DNA of 64,000 nucleotides, from NCBI GenBank assembly GCA_951406725.2, contig OX597818.1:115134001-115198000 (forward strand). Reading direction: 5' to 3'. This document shows, piece by piece, positions 42,131 to 57,436 of this stretch. The notes beneath the pieces were generated by a model. It did no database searches. It saw nothing but the letters and a program-made list of their open reading frames with translations, and was not told the origin of the DNA. Position 1 is the stretch's first letter. Each line of letters starts with the position of its first letter. The position numbers were made by a program, and so were the translations under genes. Source of the DNA: Octopus vulgaris (taxonomy: Eukaryota).

Positions 42131-42695
42131 TACGAAGGTGAGCTTAAAAGTTCATAGGCTGACCACGATGCAGTGGTCGAACTTGACCAAATGGGTTTTA
42201 TTTTTCGACATAGTTTCCCCCGCGGTCCATACACTTCTTCCATCGGTGTTGAAGCGCTTGGATTCCCGTAGTATGGAAGCTCTCATCCTGACCCTCAAAA
42301 AAGTCCTCAACAGCAGAATTGACCTCATCATCGGTCCGATACTGCTTCCCAGCCAAGTGTTTTTTTCATGTTGGGGAACAGAAAATAATTAGATGGTGCC
42401 AAATCAGGAGAATATGGAGAAGGATCAAAGCTACAGTCGTGCACAGCAGCCATTGCAACCACAGACTCGTGTACACAAACTTGATAACACCACGGTGCCA
42501 AATTACATCCATTTCCACAAAATGACTCTAGTACGACTTTTCCAAGTCCTCAATTCTGTATCCAATGTGGGTTTATCTGGAAAGAAAACTATGCAGTTAG
42601 CATCAGTAAAAGTTAAATTTAATGCATACCAAGTTCAATTACTGTATGATAACTCCTTCTTAGTCAGCCTATGACCTTTTCATCCCACCCTCGTA
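42131..42695 (-). mobile_element. Mariner deletion derivative with TIRs and TA ends
   Basis: tacgaaggtgagcttaaaagttcataggctgac / gtcagcctatgaccttttcatcccaccctcgta. Minus-strand tattctcctgatttggcaccatct encodes YSPDLAPS. Confidence 0.85.
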
Positions 42696-43860
42696 TACTA
42701 ATATTGATAAAACAACACGATCAAGGGTTTAGTTTGTTGCTCGTTATTTACTAAAGTGGAACAAGGTAATTATAGTGAAACCCATTTGTGACCACCACAA
42801 CGACAAATAACATGAACGTCATCAGAAAATTAACAAATATACTAAATGGAGAAACAGCTTCTAAATGAACGAAAATTAGCCAAAAGAAATTGGACTCAAA
42901 CACCAAATAATCAACTAACAATTAAACAAATAATTAACAATACCGAAGGAACAAAACTGCTTTGAACATAAATATCAATTAAAAACAATACACTATCACC
43001 AAAACAATCATCATCATCATCTTCATCATCATCATTATCATCATCATCGTCATGAATAAATGAGGACCATTGCATCATCAGTAACATCCGTCGCGAAAAA
43101 TTATATTTTTATCATCAGTGTAATCAACATGAAGCTCATCATCATCATCATCTTCATTATGAACAGCAACAACAACAACAACAATAACACCAACAGCAGT
43201 AGCATAGCTATCGACATAAGCAATTTCATCATCACTATCATCGTTATCGGATCAATGTGGATGGTGCTTTGTCATAATCGTGGCATCATAAGTGCAGGAA
43301 AGAAATTTGCTTAGAGGGTGCTTAGAGTTTTTTTCTCAAGGATGTTCAAAATGTTTTCATTGTCCCCTACACCCGAAAGATTTTCAGAGTGTATTCTCGC
43401 ACCCCCTGCGCCGCCTGTTGCTGAGCCTATGTGCAGGTTCCACAAATACGTTTCAACACAGAGCGATTAGTTGCCCCGCAGGACACGACCGCAACATACA
43501 TTCACACTAGTGTTTAGGGCCCATACATGCAAACACGTGCAGATATACTGGTGTTTGTCTGTTTGCGCTTGCTTGTGTGTGTGTGTGTGTGTGTATGTCT
43601 TTTACTTGGCTTGGTCATTGGACTGCGGCCATGATGGGGCCTCTTCCTGAATGGTTTTAGTGGAACTTATCAAACTCAGCACTTAATTTTCAAGTCTAGT
43701 ACTTGTATCGTTTCTCAAGCCAAACTGCTAGATAACAGGAGCGCAAAGATATATACACACATATATACATATATCTCTACATAGACAGTCTTCAACTTTG
43801 TTTCCCAGTTTCTGTCTACCAGATTCCCTGACCAGACATTGGTCTGCTTATATATATATA

Positions 43861-44158
43861 CCGGAATAAGCACATAAATGTGAAACAAGGTGGAAAAAAG
43901 AGTACTCAAATACAAGAGGTAGAGTAACATACTTTATTTAAAAGCATCAGAAATATAACAAAACCTGTTGCTCAGAGTTTCACGTTCCCGTTCGTCGGAC
44001 AGTTTTATTTTAACAAAACTGTCCAATTAATGCGAACGTGAAACTCTGAGTAACAGGTTTTGTTATATTTCTGATGCTTTTAAATAAAGTATGTTACTCT
44101 ACCTCTTGTATTTGAGTACTCTTTTCCACCTTGTTTCATATTTATGTGCTTACTCCAG
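43861..44158. mobile_element. Fold-back element (about 145-bp arms) with decayed hammerheads at 43965-44002(-) and 44019-44056(+)
   Basis: Left arm: CTGT CCGACGA ACG ggaa CGT GAAAC TCTGA GCA ACAG. Right arm: CTGT CCAATTA ATG cgaa CGT GAAAC TCTGA GTA ACAG. Confidence 0.8.
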
Positions 44159-44214
44159 TGTAAACTGCTCCTTTTTTAGAAAAGTTCGAGTGACTCTATA
44201 AAAGTAGAAAGAAG

Positions 44215-44292
<78 letters not shown>

Positions 44293-44777
44293 AATGTATA
44301 TATATATAAATATATAATATGTATGTACATATATGCATAAATACATATACTACGAATTGTTAGTTTCCTGTCATTCATAAGATCAATTTTTCCTCAATAT
44401 CTGCTGTTAAAAGACGCACTAAGCATTCAAGATCAAGTCTTATGAAAGACGAAAATCACCGGATTAATCCTCACGTGTAACTGCCGAACTAACCACAGTT
44501 TTCCAACGGGTGATATTTGCACAGCGGGACTAAATACATGATGTCTGACATATCGTATATTTCATATTTGCTCGTCACTGCGTTGTGTTTTAAGATTACA
44601 CATATACACAAACGCACGCACAAACACGCATACATGATGCTTATACATATGCACGTTTATTTATGTATATATGCATACGTGTGTGTCAGCATGTGTGTAA
44701 AGAAAAGTACACAATGTCTTACATATAATGCCTTATAAATACATGTATATACATATATGTAAATATATATACGTATA

Positions 44778-44842
<65 letters not shown>

Positions 44843-44948
44843 GTGTGTGTGTGTGTGTATAAATATAAATTATATATATATATATATGTATATACGTTTA
44901 AATATTTGTTGTGCAAGATTTTTTATGTGAAGTCGTGTGTTGAAACAG

Positions 44949-45217
44949 ATATTGTTATATTTCGGAATGGTCATATTGCCAGTTTAGCCAATAATACAAA
45001 ATGGCTGACGGTTAGTAAGGAGAGACACAAGTAAGTGAGAAGAAAACAAAGGACCACTGATGCGGTCACAGGAGTGTGACGAAAGAACTTTGGCCGAAAT
45101 AAGATTAAGATTTATGTAAAAAATAAATATCACTGAAGCAAAATAACACCAAATATATAGTGCGTGTGTTTTTATTGGCTAAACTGGCAATATGACCATT
45201 CCGAAATATAACAATAT
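44949..45217. mobile_element. Element with perfect 46-bp terminal inverted arms and an internal hammerhead-like motif (45052-45095, +)
   Basis: atattgttatatttcggaatggtcatattgccagtttagccaataa and its reverse complement. Internal acca CTGATGCG GTCACA ggag TGTGAC GAAAG aa CTT tgg. Confidence 0.6.
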
Positions 45218-45438
45218 ATGTATATATATATAGGTAAAAACACACACACATGCATTCATGCTGAAAGAGTGTATATGTAAGTAGTTGTATTAGTGTTTTT
45301 AATTCTAAAACGATCGTATATATGAACAACTAAATACAAATGTATAACCATAAACAAATAAGTAGATAGATATATTTCCATACAAGATTTGTAGCAAGAA
45401 GTACTCTATCTGTGTATGGAACAAAGACGTTGAGTGTC

Positions 45439-46023
<585 letters not shown>

Positions 46024-46340
46024 TCTGAGTGTGTATATATATAAGCATACATATATATACGTACATATATGTGTGTGTGTGTTTGTATATATATGTGTGT
46101 GTGTATATATGTATATGTATGTATGTATATATGTACATAATAGAAAATTATTTTGTATGTTATTCTGTAAACTTTATTATGAATTTTAAATTTATGAAAA
46201 TATCACTTTTTGTTTCAAATAAATATTTTGGTGTACCTAATGTTTCGGGTTTTTATTTATACGTTTTTGTATATTTTATTTCTCGTTTCTTTCTCTTTCA
46301 CTATTCTCTCTCTTTGTCCTCTCTCTCTCTCTCTCTCTTT

Positions 46341-46384
<44 letters not shown>

Positions 46385-47788
46385 TCCTTGATAAGCACGC
46401 GCTTAAATGCTTAGCGACATTTCATCCATGTTTATGATCTGAGTTCATATTCCGTCGAGGTCGATTTTGCCTCTCAAATTTTCAAGGTCCATGAAATAAG
46501 TACCAGTCGACCACTGGGGCCAACGTAATCGACCTCCCTGCTTCCTCGAAATTGCTGGATTTGTACCAAATTTAAAACCACTATTTCCAATGCCCTCCTT
46601 CATATCCTCTCTCTTCTTTACTCACTCTTATCTGCCAATGAAAAAAAAATATTTTTCTTCGTTGAATTCCCTACACAGTAATGTTAAACAACCTCAGATT
46701 ATTATCATGATGACACGAAGATAACATTTATTTCATCGTAGTGTAGAAGATATGTTACGCAAATTGTCTATATAATACTCACGAAGCATCAGTCTTTAAC
46801 TCGTCCTCATTCATTCTTCCTTACTGTCACACTCTCTCTCTTTCTATCTCTTTCTACACCCTAGCCTCTCTCTCTCTCTCTCTCTCTCTCTCGACCCTCT
46901 ATCTTTCTTTTTCTCTCACCATCTATCCTCTAGCCTTTCTCTCTATCTCCCTTCGTCTCACGTACCTAAGCTCTAACAAGTATATTAACCCATTAAATAT
47001 AATTTGGCTAAATCACGAGCGCAAACAACTGTCCTAGATAGAATAAATATTTTGCTTTCTGATGATTTCTCATTCAGATCTTTTCATCTCCCTGAAATCA
47101 TAAGGTAGATTAAGAGTTACTTTATCGCTTTCTATTTCGCATGGTTTACAAGTACGTATGTCGTCTGCTTTTCCTCACCTTTTTTAAACGGCGAACATTC
47201 AGTTAGCGTTCTTTCTAGAACCTTGGTTCAACATTTCATCAACATTTCATCACACATCCAGAGAAGCCGTCCCAGCCAACAACCCCAATAATGTACATCA
47301 TATTGCTATGAGTAACAAACAACACTTGAATTCAGCTTTTAATCATTACGTACTGGGATTACGTCTAAGATTTGGGCGGTGAAATTGCCTCGACATACGA
47401 ATTGCTTACTTCAAACTACATTTTTACCTTATTCTCTTGCACGGATAGCTAACACTCTTCTGACAATCATACCTCCACTTAGTCTTTGGATAACTTAGAG
47501 TCACGCTTGTGTTGTTTAAATTTAATCTCAATCTTCACGAAGCCGACTCTGTTTCTACAAGCATTTGAACCAGAATCTCGTTTCTTTCCACTCAACATTT
47601 TTTATTAAAATCTATTTTGTTGACTACAGAGAAAAAAAAATCCAATCTGAAGGTGTTGCTTATTAACAGGATTAACTTATCTATCATCTATATATCTATC
47701 TATCTATTTATCTAACACACACACACACACACATATATATATGCTCACATTGCATATGTACATATATATAAATGTATATATATGTGCG

Positions 47789-47836
<48 letters not shown>

Positions 47837-47888
47837 AATGTATTTATATATATGTGTATGTGTGTATATATATACATATTATATATAT

Positions 47889-47941
<53 letters not shown>

Positions 47942-48076
47942 GTATCTGTTTATATGGATCAAAACAGTTTGATTCTAATTCATTGCGTGGTGCCAGTCTT
48001 CAGCCATTTTGAATTTGAATACATGTAACTCCCAATAAATTTGTTGAGTGCCCTTCTTTCGTTTGTCCACTCACTC

Positions 48077-48225
<149 letters not shown>

Positions 48226-49614
48226 CGTTATTGAAATCGCTAGTTAAATAGATTCTGTGCTACTTTCTCAACTACAAGGTATAGACATATCCATTCCTAG
48301 AATGTAAAAGGAGACAGAAAAACACTCCATATTGTATAATATATAAAACAAACATGATGACTGAATAATCTGTTGCTTTAACGACATTTAAGTAAACTAA
48401 ATATTCATTATGTTAATTGACCCTCAAAATGGAAAATTTAGTAACATATGTTTTCATTACGTGTGTCACAACGACTTTGTATGAAACCGACAAAATATTT
48501 TTGTCCCTTGTTTTGTAATATTTCTCAAGAGTATCATTTCATGAAAAATGGGAGACATTTTGGCAATTTGAAACTTCGTAGAGACAAACTGACAACGCAA
48601 TAGCTATTCAGTCAGTCATAGATTGGTCTCGGCCTGCTGGATTTCGTCTTAGATTCTGAGTTGCGTGTTTAAATATGCCCTCATACAATACACGCCCACA
48701 CATACATGTGTCTGTATGTACATATGTGTGTGTATATATATATATATATGTAAATGTAAAAAAATACAAACTGGGACAAGAACGTGAAACATTTAGAAGA
48801 CGATACAAAAAACACGGACGGGACATTCGAAGCCTTCAATCTTCCGTCAAGAACCGGATCATCTTCGCAATTTCGGCTGATTATTCTTGAGATTGCTCCG
48901 ATCTGGCCAGCTCCAAAGGAAAATCTAAGCCACGCGCATTAGATTCCTTGAAAGAAAGCCTCGAATGTATACAAAACAAGGACGGAAAACCGGACGATGT
49001 TACACAAATAAAAATACAAAAATACGTAAAAACAATAATGATAACACGAATAAGAATACAAAAATACGTAAAAACAATAATGCTAATAATAATAACAAAA
49101 ACAGGACGTCACAGACAAGCGTCTTTTCGACAGGACGAGTAAATTTTTGAGCTGGCGTTAGAAAAAAGCCTTAGGGCTAGAGAGAGAAAAAAATGTGTCT
49201 TGCCGCAACGGCTGCTGACCACGAAAGGGCTAGCAATCGGTCGGCTAGTCACGTGTGAGGGAAAGAGATTGGAAAAGACGGACAGATAAAGAGAGAAAGA
49301 AGGGGAACAAGGAACAAAGGAGGAGGAGAAGAGAGAGAGAGAGAGAGAAAGAGACAGATCAAAGCGGAGTGCAAAGTGTGAAAAGCAGAGAAATGTAAGA
49401 GAGGGGGGAGAGAGACGGTGTTGTAGAGTCGTGCCATTTGTTAAAGAATATATACTTACGTATAAGACCAAATATATATATATATAGTGTATATATATGT
49501 ATGTATATATGTATACATATGTTGTGTATATATATGTATGTATATATATATATGTATATATGCATATATATGTATATATATACATATATATGTGTATACA
49601 TATATATTTATAAG

Positions 49615-49681
<67 letters not shown>

Positions 49682-49742
49682 TTAGCCACTACACACACTT
49701 TTTTCTCTCCTTGTTTCTCTCCTCGTTTTTTTTTCTGTGTGC

Positions 49743-49778
49743 CTTTCTGTAGAAGAGCGTAGGCTCGAAACATAAAAG
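49743..49778 (+). ncRNA. Minimal hammerhead variant in a TA-flanked element (about 49679-49870)
   Basis: CTTT CTGTAGA a GAGC gtag GCTC GAAAC ATA AAAG. Stem I CTTT/AAAG covaries with GTTT/AAAC; GTA->ATA is a CpG-type change. Confidence 0.55.
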
Positions 49779-49869
49779 ACTTTTTCTATTCCTGAGCGTT
49801 ATACTAATACATCTGTTTGTTTTGTACACCACCTGTCTTTGTCTTTTGTTTTTTTTCGTAAACTCTCCC

Positions 49870-50101
<232 letters not shown>

Positions 50102-50314
50102 CATACATACATATATAATCATGCCAAGTACCTATAATCCTTTACGGGATCTTTGCATCCTAATTCTCCGGTTTATACCAGTGTTCAGTGAAAATTAAAT
50201 ACTTTAGTTTTGCATTGATATACATTGGTGTTTAAAATATTTATGAATGAGAAAAATGGAGAAATTGACGTATAGACATCACTTTATTCAAAGATATTCA
50301 AATCAATATAATAT

Positions 50315-50442
50315 GAAATTCTTTTCCCTACAGCCGTTTCCATATCCAATTGGCTCAATTAGAGTAATTAAATTAAATTAAATGAATTCAAAATTTTCAT
50401 ACTCAAACTAGTTAATTGAGTATTTCATCAGGGGAGAATTTC
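50315..50442 (-). ncRNA. Type I hammerhead with a long AT-rich stem II insertion
   Basis: GAAATTCTCCC CTGATGA [about 84 nt] GAAAC GGCT GTA GGGAaaAGAATTTC; extended stem I with a bulge. Confidence 0.65.
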
Positions 50443-51187
50443 CAGAAAGAAGTTACATTCCAACGCATTGGTCGACCCTTGACAGACTCAGATGTGTGCG
50501 TTTTGGTAATGTTTGTATTTAAGAAAAAAAAACGTTATGAACAACAAATATATATGATATTAGTTGTGCGCGTGCGTTGTTATTGGTGGTGGTGTTGCAG
50601 TTAGGGTGAACTAAGTGTTAGAGAGAGCGAGATAGATTGAAAGAGAAAGAAAGATAAAGATAAGTTGAGAGAGAGAGAGTAGGAAGAGAGAGTAGTGATA
50701 TTCATCATGTAATAGCGCGTGCGTTTGTTAAAATATAGAAGTCAACAAAGGTATATATGGCGTATCAAAGTCTGCTAATTATTTATAATATTACAGTATC
50801 GCATCATCCATATTTGTGTGTAATAATTATGGTCATTACAACTATGGTCATTACAACTATGTAAACAAAACGTTACCAGATACAACTGATAAAATAATTT
50901 TTTTTAATATTAAAAACAATTACTAAAGCTACGATCACTATAAATCAATACGTTTGCATCTAGCTTAGTTTAATAAATTATATTACAAAATATCATCTAC
51001 ATATTCATAAGAAGCGTGCTTAATTGAATTTATAGAAATCACAATGATACTGTCACCTGTGTAGGAAACTTTATATACATATTTATTTATGAATGAAAGC
51101 ATTCAAACACTATCTTATTTCAAACGATATTGCTTGAATGCTTTCGTTCATAAATATTTTTGCACCATGTGCAAGAAATCCCAAATT

Positions 51188-51500
51188 TTTATTTAATTTG
51201 CTTTGCGGGAAGGATTGTTTCAACGAAGTCGCGTCTTGTCCTTACCTTCGTAACGCGAAGTAGAAGAAACAGGGACATCTGAAGAAGGGGCATATTCCTT
51301 GTGTTGTATGTCTTGTACTCTGTCTTTGCGTTGTTTGAAAAAAAGTCCATTTTCATGTTTTTGTTTTTATGATTCCGTTTCTCACCGTGTTCAACGTTTT
51401 TTGATGTCCTGTACCCATATATGCATGTATATATACATATAGATGTAGGTATGTACATATATGTATGTATATGTGCATATGTTTATATATTATTTTGTTT
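51188..51500 (+). mobile_element. Diverged relative of the 52452-53713 element
   Basis: Shares ccttcg(t/a)aac..ctga.gaagggg and the terminal atgcatgtatatatacat.tagatgt.ggta.gtacatatatg. Confidence 0.65.
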
Positions 51501-52398
51501 ATATATAATATTGTTATTATATATATGTCTTCGAAGAGACACAGGCTGCATGACATGTCGCCACACTGTTGGTGACGTCGCAACACAGATTCTGTTTATA
51601 ACACTTGGTAACCCAAAAACTTCAACATGACACAAATAATCATTCCAAGAAATATATATCTAATCCGTTTCCCCAAAAACAGAAAACAAAAATATAAGCA
51701 GACAATAAAAAAAAAACAGACAAAATCTCAGGTTTCGAAAATAGATATTTAAGTTTTCATTTTTTGTTTTCGTTATTTTTTTCTTTGTTTATTCTTTGTT
51801 TTTGTATTTTGGTAACGTTGAAGCGAAAGGGAAAATACTAACTTTTCGAAAGTTACGCATCTGAATTCAATGAGCGATTTTTCGTCCTCAGGATTTACAT
51901 TCCTGTTTAATATGCGACCAAAATATTTTAAAGAAGTTTTACCATTTTGATTCATTTATAAAAAACAACAACAACTTAACTGTCAATTCCCAATGGTTTT
52001 AATTCTATGGTGTTGTAGACTACATGCTACATTGAGTCTTTTGAACGTGTTAAGGACAAAGATGAATGTAGCTATATCACCATTCTTCTTTCTTGACCCC
52101 CATTACTTTCTTCTGCCGCTCTAAATTATTGTAGGCTTTAAGTATTTTCCCCTGAATTCATTCTGCTACAATAATAGCAAAAAGGAGCAATGTAATTATT
52201 TTAGACTCTAGTACTGATGTAAAATCTGCTAAAAAATTATAATGGAGTATCCTGTATGTTGGAAATCTATATGGTCGTCTGCGTCCGAGGAGAGCGGCTT
52301 ATTTCAAATTGATGTAATGTTTTCATTGATCGATTAAATTGAGCCGCTTGAAACGGCCGTATTGCACAGATTCCTGGACATCCTTGTTACTTATTTGC

Positions 52399-52451
<53 letters not shown>

Positions 52452-52454
<3 letters not shown>

Positions 52455-53713
52455 GTGTAATAAATAAAATATATGCATACATACAAACATATATGTACGT
52501 ACCGACATCTACATGTATATATACATGCATATATAAATATATATACGTACAGGACACCACAAGAAGACGTAAAAATCAACAGAAACGAAAACAGAAAAGC
52601 CATTTTGTTACAACAGAAGGACAGAGACGTGGAACAAGACGAAACGAAAACGGGAAAAACAATTATGTACAGCAGAAAAACGAAGTACAGGACATGCTGC
52701 ACAAGGAAAAATCCCCTTCATCAGCTAGCAGACATAGCGTGTTTCGAAGGCAAGACAGGACACGTCTGGTCATGCTAGGCCTTCCTACGAGAGAATTAAA
52801 ATAAAATAACCTCGTAGAGGGGTAAAACGAGCAAGAAAAAAATGTAACACAAAAAGGACGTAACAAAGAACTGCACAAAAAAATACAAGAAAAAAATAAT
52901 ACAAAATTAAAGATACATGTACAAGAAAATACAAAACGAGAATTAAATTACAATACGAGAAATCAAAATAAACAAGAGAACAAACGAAAAAGACGAACGA
53001 AGGCCTTTGTTCTGGCGGGGACGAGAAGGTAACTGGCGAGCGCTGAGAAACATGACCTTAGGGCCTGAATGGCCCTAAGGTCATGTTTCCCAGCGCTCGC
53101 ATGCCCTAAGGTCGTGTTTCCCAGCGCTCGCCAGTTGCCTTCTCGTCCCCACCAGAACAAAGGCCTTCGTTCGTCTTTTTCGTTTGTTCTCTTGTTTATT
53201 TTGATTTCTCGTATTGTAATTTAATTCTCGTTTTGTATTTTCTTGTACATGTATCTTTAATTTTGTATTATTTTTTTCTTGTATTTTTTTTGCAGTTCTT
53301 TATTACGTCCCTTTTTGTGTTACATTTTTTCTTGCTCGTTTTACCCCTCTACGAGGTTATTTTATTTTAATTCTCTCGTAGGAAGGTCTAGCATGACAGA
53401 CGTGTCCTGTCTTGCCTTCGAAACACGCTATGTCTGCTAGCGCTGATGAAGGGGATTTTTCTTGTGCAGCATGTCCTGTACTTCGTTTTTCTGCTGTACA
53501 TAATTGTTTTTCCCGTTTTCGTTTCGTCTTGTTCCACGTCTCTGTCCTTCTGTTGTAACAAAATGGCTTTTCGTTTTCGTTTCTGTTGATTTTTACGTCT
53601 TCTTGTGGTGTCCTGTACGTATATATATTTATATATGCATGTATATATACATGTAGATGTCGGTACGTACATATATGTTTGTATGTATGCATATATTTTA
53701 TTTATTACACTAT
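52452..53713. mobile_element. Large fold-back element (about 610-bp arms, centre tgaat 53066-53070) with permuted hammerhead-like motifs
   Basis: Near-identical inverted arms with small indels and a tandem duplication of about 30 bp near the centre. Motifs at 52713-52749(-) and 53416-53454(+). Confidence 0.88.
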
Positions 53714-53803
53714 TGTCTGACAGCGCTTCGCGTCGGGTTCGTTTGAATTTTCGATTTTTCGAATTCTCACCTCGTTCCGTCACTTTCCTCCCAGCTTGTT
53801 TTA

Positions 53804-53893
<90 letters not shown>

Positions 53894-54738
53894 TATATAT
53901 GCACTCTCATATATACTCACATGCATATATACACAACATACAGACGTATAGGTGTACATAGACTGACAGGTATTTCCCAGCAGCTCAACGTGACGACAGT
54001 CCAATGACTCGAACTAGTACAAGGATAAAAGGATATATATATATAAGTTCCATAATTTAAACAGAAACACAAGGGAACAAATAAAAATTTCACACACAAA
54101 ATGAGACGTTGCTAATTTATCGTCAGTTATCATCCAAAATATCCTTACAGTTTCACGCTTTTAACGATTGTATTCTTCCCTTTTGGCGGCATCAACAGCG
54201 AGAACTCCTGGGAATAGCGAGCGAATGCTAGAGACATTGAGGAACACAAAAACGATACAAATGTTACTAGAAAATAAATTAAATTAATATACATTATACA
54301 AATAAAACTAGGCCATGCGGCTCAAAGACGAAACGAATGTGTGGGTAACGTACTGGAAAGGAGAATGTCCTATAGGACTGGAAACGGAAGCGAGCACAGA
54401 TGGGAAAACAGAAGGAAAGGTGAAGAAATAAACCATGCTGAAAGTAGACAGAAACGTGACTGATCGGGTCAACGGTCAGGCGAAAGAGGAAATGGAGGAG
54501 GAGAGATGAGAATGGTCACAGGTCCCGTGGTAGTGAGAGGAGAGGGTAAAGGGGTGGCGGGTAGTGGGAGAGAAAGGAACAGAGAGGAAAGCTGTTGAGA
54601 GACGGAAGGAGAGAGGGAGAGAGGAATGCAAAAGAGAGAGAAAAAGTGATTCATACATACATACATACATACATACACATACATTTATACATACATACAT
54701 ACATACACACATACATACATACATACATACATACATAC

Positions 54739-54771
<33 letters not shown>

Positions 54772-56464
54772 CATACATACATACATACATACATACATAC
54801 ATACATACATACATACATACATACGCGTATGCATATACAAATATATACATCTATATTTACTTTCGGACTGCACCCAAAGCAAACCAACAAGAATTGAATA
54901 CTTGACCCTCATTCGTTCTGTTCATCGCTTCCATGATGCGCTCTCTCTTCACAACATAGACTATTCTGTACTTTGTGACCCTCAATCCTACACATTCCTT
55001 ACACCGATGACATCATATTTACCCTCCTCCCCTCTTATTTGAGACAGCCTTTTTATGCTTGCTATGTCAACATCTGGTGCGACAACATGTCGTTTTATAA
55101 GTGTAAGATTAGAACCTATTTTACAATATCAACTTTTCAAATCCATTATACATGACCCCTGGTCAGGCATCAAGGATTTTAATGAAACTAACATATAACA
55201 ATGTGTATTCCATACACATAAAAATGATAATGTTCCAAAACTCGAAGTTAGATAAATCCTACATTTAGAACTGCTGTTAAACTCCCTTGAAGAACCCTTT
55301 ATTTCTCGCAAAGGCAAGGTTTTCTCACAAAGTTTGGGTGTTCATGACACGAATGTTATTTTGTTTTTGTGTAGCTACTAAACACTTATAGGAGACAAAT
55401 GCACCATGTCGTGAGCGACAGCTTAAGAATTTGATCGGCGCCTCGAAAGCAAATAGAAATTACAAATTATGACATTTACAGAAAAGTGAGCGCTAACGTT
55501 GTTTGATCAAGTAAATCCATTTAACTACTGGAGGGATATATGTTGGTAAATACTTAAATAAACCAAAGCAAGGGCGAGAGCTTAAAACTGAGATAATTTT
55601 GATGATAGAATTACGAACCGAAATCCCATTTAAATCAAATTGCAGACAAACCGATATGGCAGAAAGTAGAATAATCTGACCTTTGAAGAACACAGTGACA
55701 ACACTGGACATGCTCGTCCTCATTGAAGCTCTTCGGTAAAGTATTGGGTTGTATGTATGTATGTATGTATGTATGTATGTATGTATGTATGTATGTATGT
55801 ATGTATGTATGTATGTATGTATGTGCAGATTTGTATGTATGTGTATAAGTAGGTCATTGATAAAGTTCGTGAAAAACTGATTGTCAATTTATGTCGTAGA
55901 ATCAGAAAGACATCTATCTTGATCAAACGTTCCTATAACATTTGAGAATGTCGGCAGCGTGTCGAAACTGTTCTGCATACCAATCGGATAATTTCAGGTC
56001 ATTTACAGAGAAACTATGTGACAGACTGGAGGCTTCCTTCTTCCGGTAAGTCAGGTATGTATCCTCCTTATTTCCGTAATAAAAAGGAATGTATACATGT
56101 TTATCCGAATGTTTGTATGTATGTGTATGTATATATGTAAGCATGTATGTACATGTATATATATATATATATATATATTTGTATGTGTGTGTGTATACAC
56201 ACACATACATTTATATATATATATACACACACATATATATATACATATATATACACACACACACACACGTATATATATATGTTTGTATATATGTATATTT
56301 GATTGCTTCTAGGTATGTGTTTGTATATATGTTTATGTATATTCGTGTGTACATACGTGTGAATTTTTTTGTTACATATGTATGAATATGCATGTACGTA
56401 TATGTGTATGTAAGCATGTGTGTGTATGTACGTATATATATATATATATATATATGCGCATATA

Positions 56465-56531
<67 letters not shown>

Positions 56532-57360
56532 CATATACATATGCATATTTGGTTACAGGACGTCACCAACAGTAAACAGCATAAAGTACGAAAACAAATG
56601 GAAACCGGGACAAGTAACACAAAGAACGGCCCTTCATCGGTTGTCGGCTGTCCATCTGCTCCAACATTCAAGCATTGAACGACAATATGAGTCTTCGAAG
56701 ACAGTTGCTCACATAAGTACCAAAATAAAACTTGGGATTTATGGAGGGTCAAATTTGGGAACAAAAACAGGGCAGTGAAGACATACAAGGAAACCAAAAG
56801 AAAACAAACATAGAGAGTCGTTAGATCAGAACGAGGGTAAAATAGCAGACGCTGGAGAAATATTTTCTTTGACAAGAGAAAATATAGAAGAAAGAGCTAG
56901 GATATGTTCAGTCCTTAGGAAATCCTGAAAGATTAGGAAAATGAAAAGAAAGATGGACGATGGTCACGTGTGAGCAACGAGAGAGAGAAACGAAGAAAGA
57001 GGGAGAGAGAGAAACAGATAGAAAACGGTGAAGGGGAGAAAAGGGGATTTATAAAAAAGGATGAAAGGGAAAACGATGGGGAATATATATTGAGAAAAAT
57101 GGACGCCTGAATTTTGGAAAAAAATGTTATTCATTATTATTAGCGCTTTCGTTCGTTTCTCGAACATGTCAAATAGAATTTTGATAATGTTCAAACAGCT
57201 TCTTTATTTATATAAAACAGATGGTTTGGTGGGGGTTTAGAAGAGGAGGACATTGTTTTTGGTTGTTTTTTTGGGTGGGGGGAGGTTCCATAACAATGGA
57301 GATAGATAGAAATATAGGTAGGTAGATAGGTTGATAGATGATACATACATACATACATAC

Positions 57361-57436
<76 letters not shown>

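Noticed and set aside
48820-48895. Possible hammerhead in the TA-flanked element about 48750-49440
   Set aside because: The core words cannot be arranged with consistent stems.
52452-53713. Long palindromes as assembly artefacts
   Set aside because: The arms differ by substitutions, indels and an asymmetric duplication, and the architecture recurs in several families. Long-read confirmation is still advisable.
54120-54160. Minus-strand GAAAC-T-GTA...CTGACGA
   Set aside because: No convincing stem I or II; at most a decayed relative of the permuted family.
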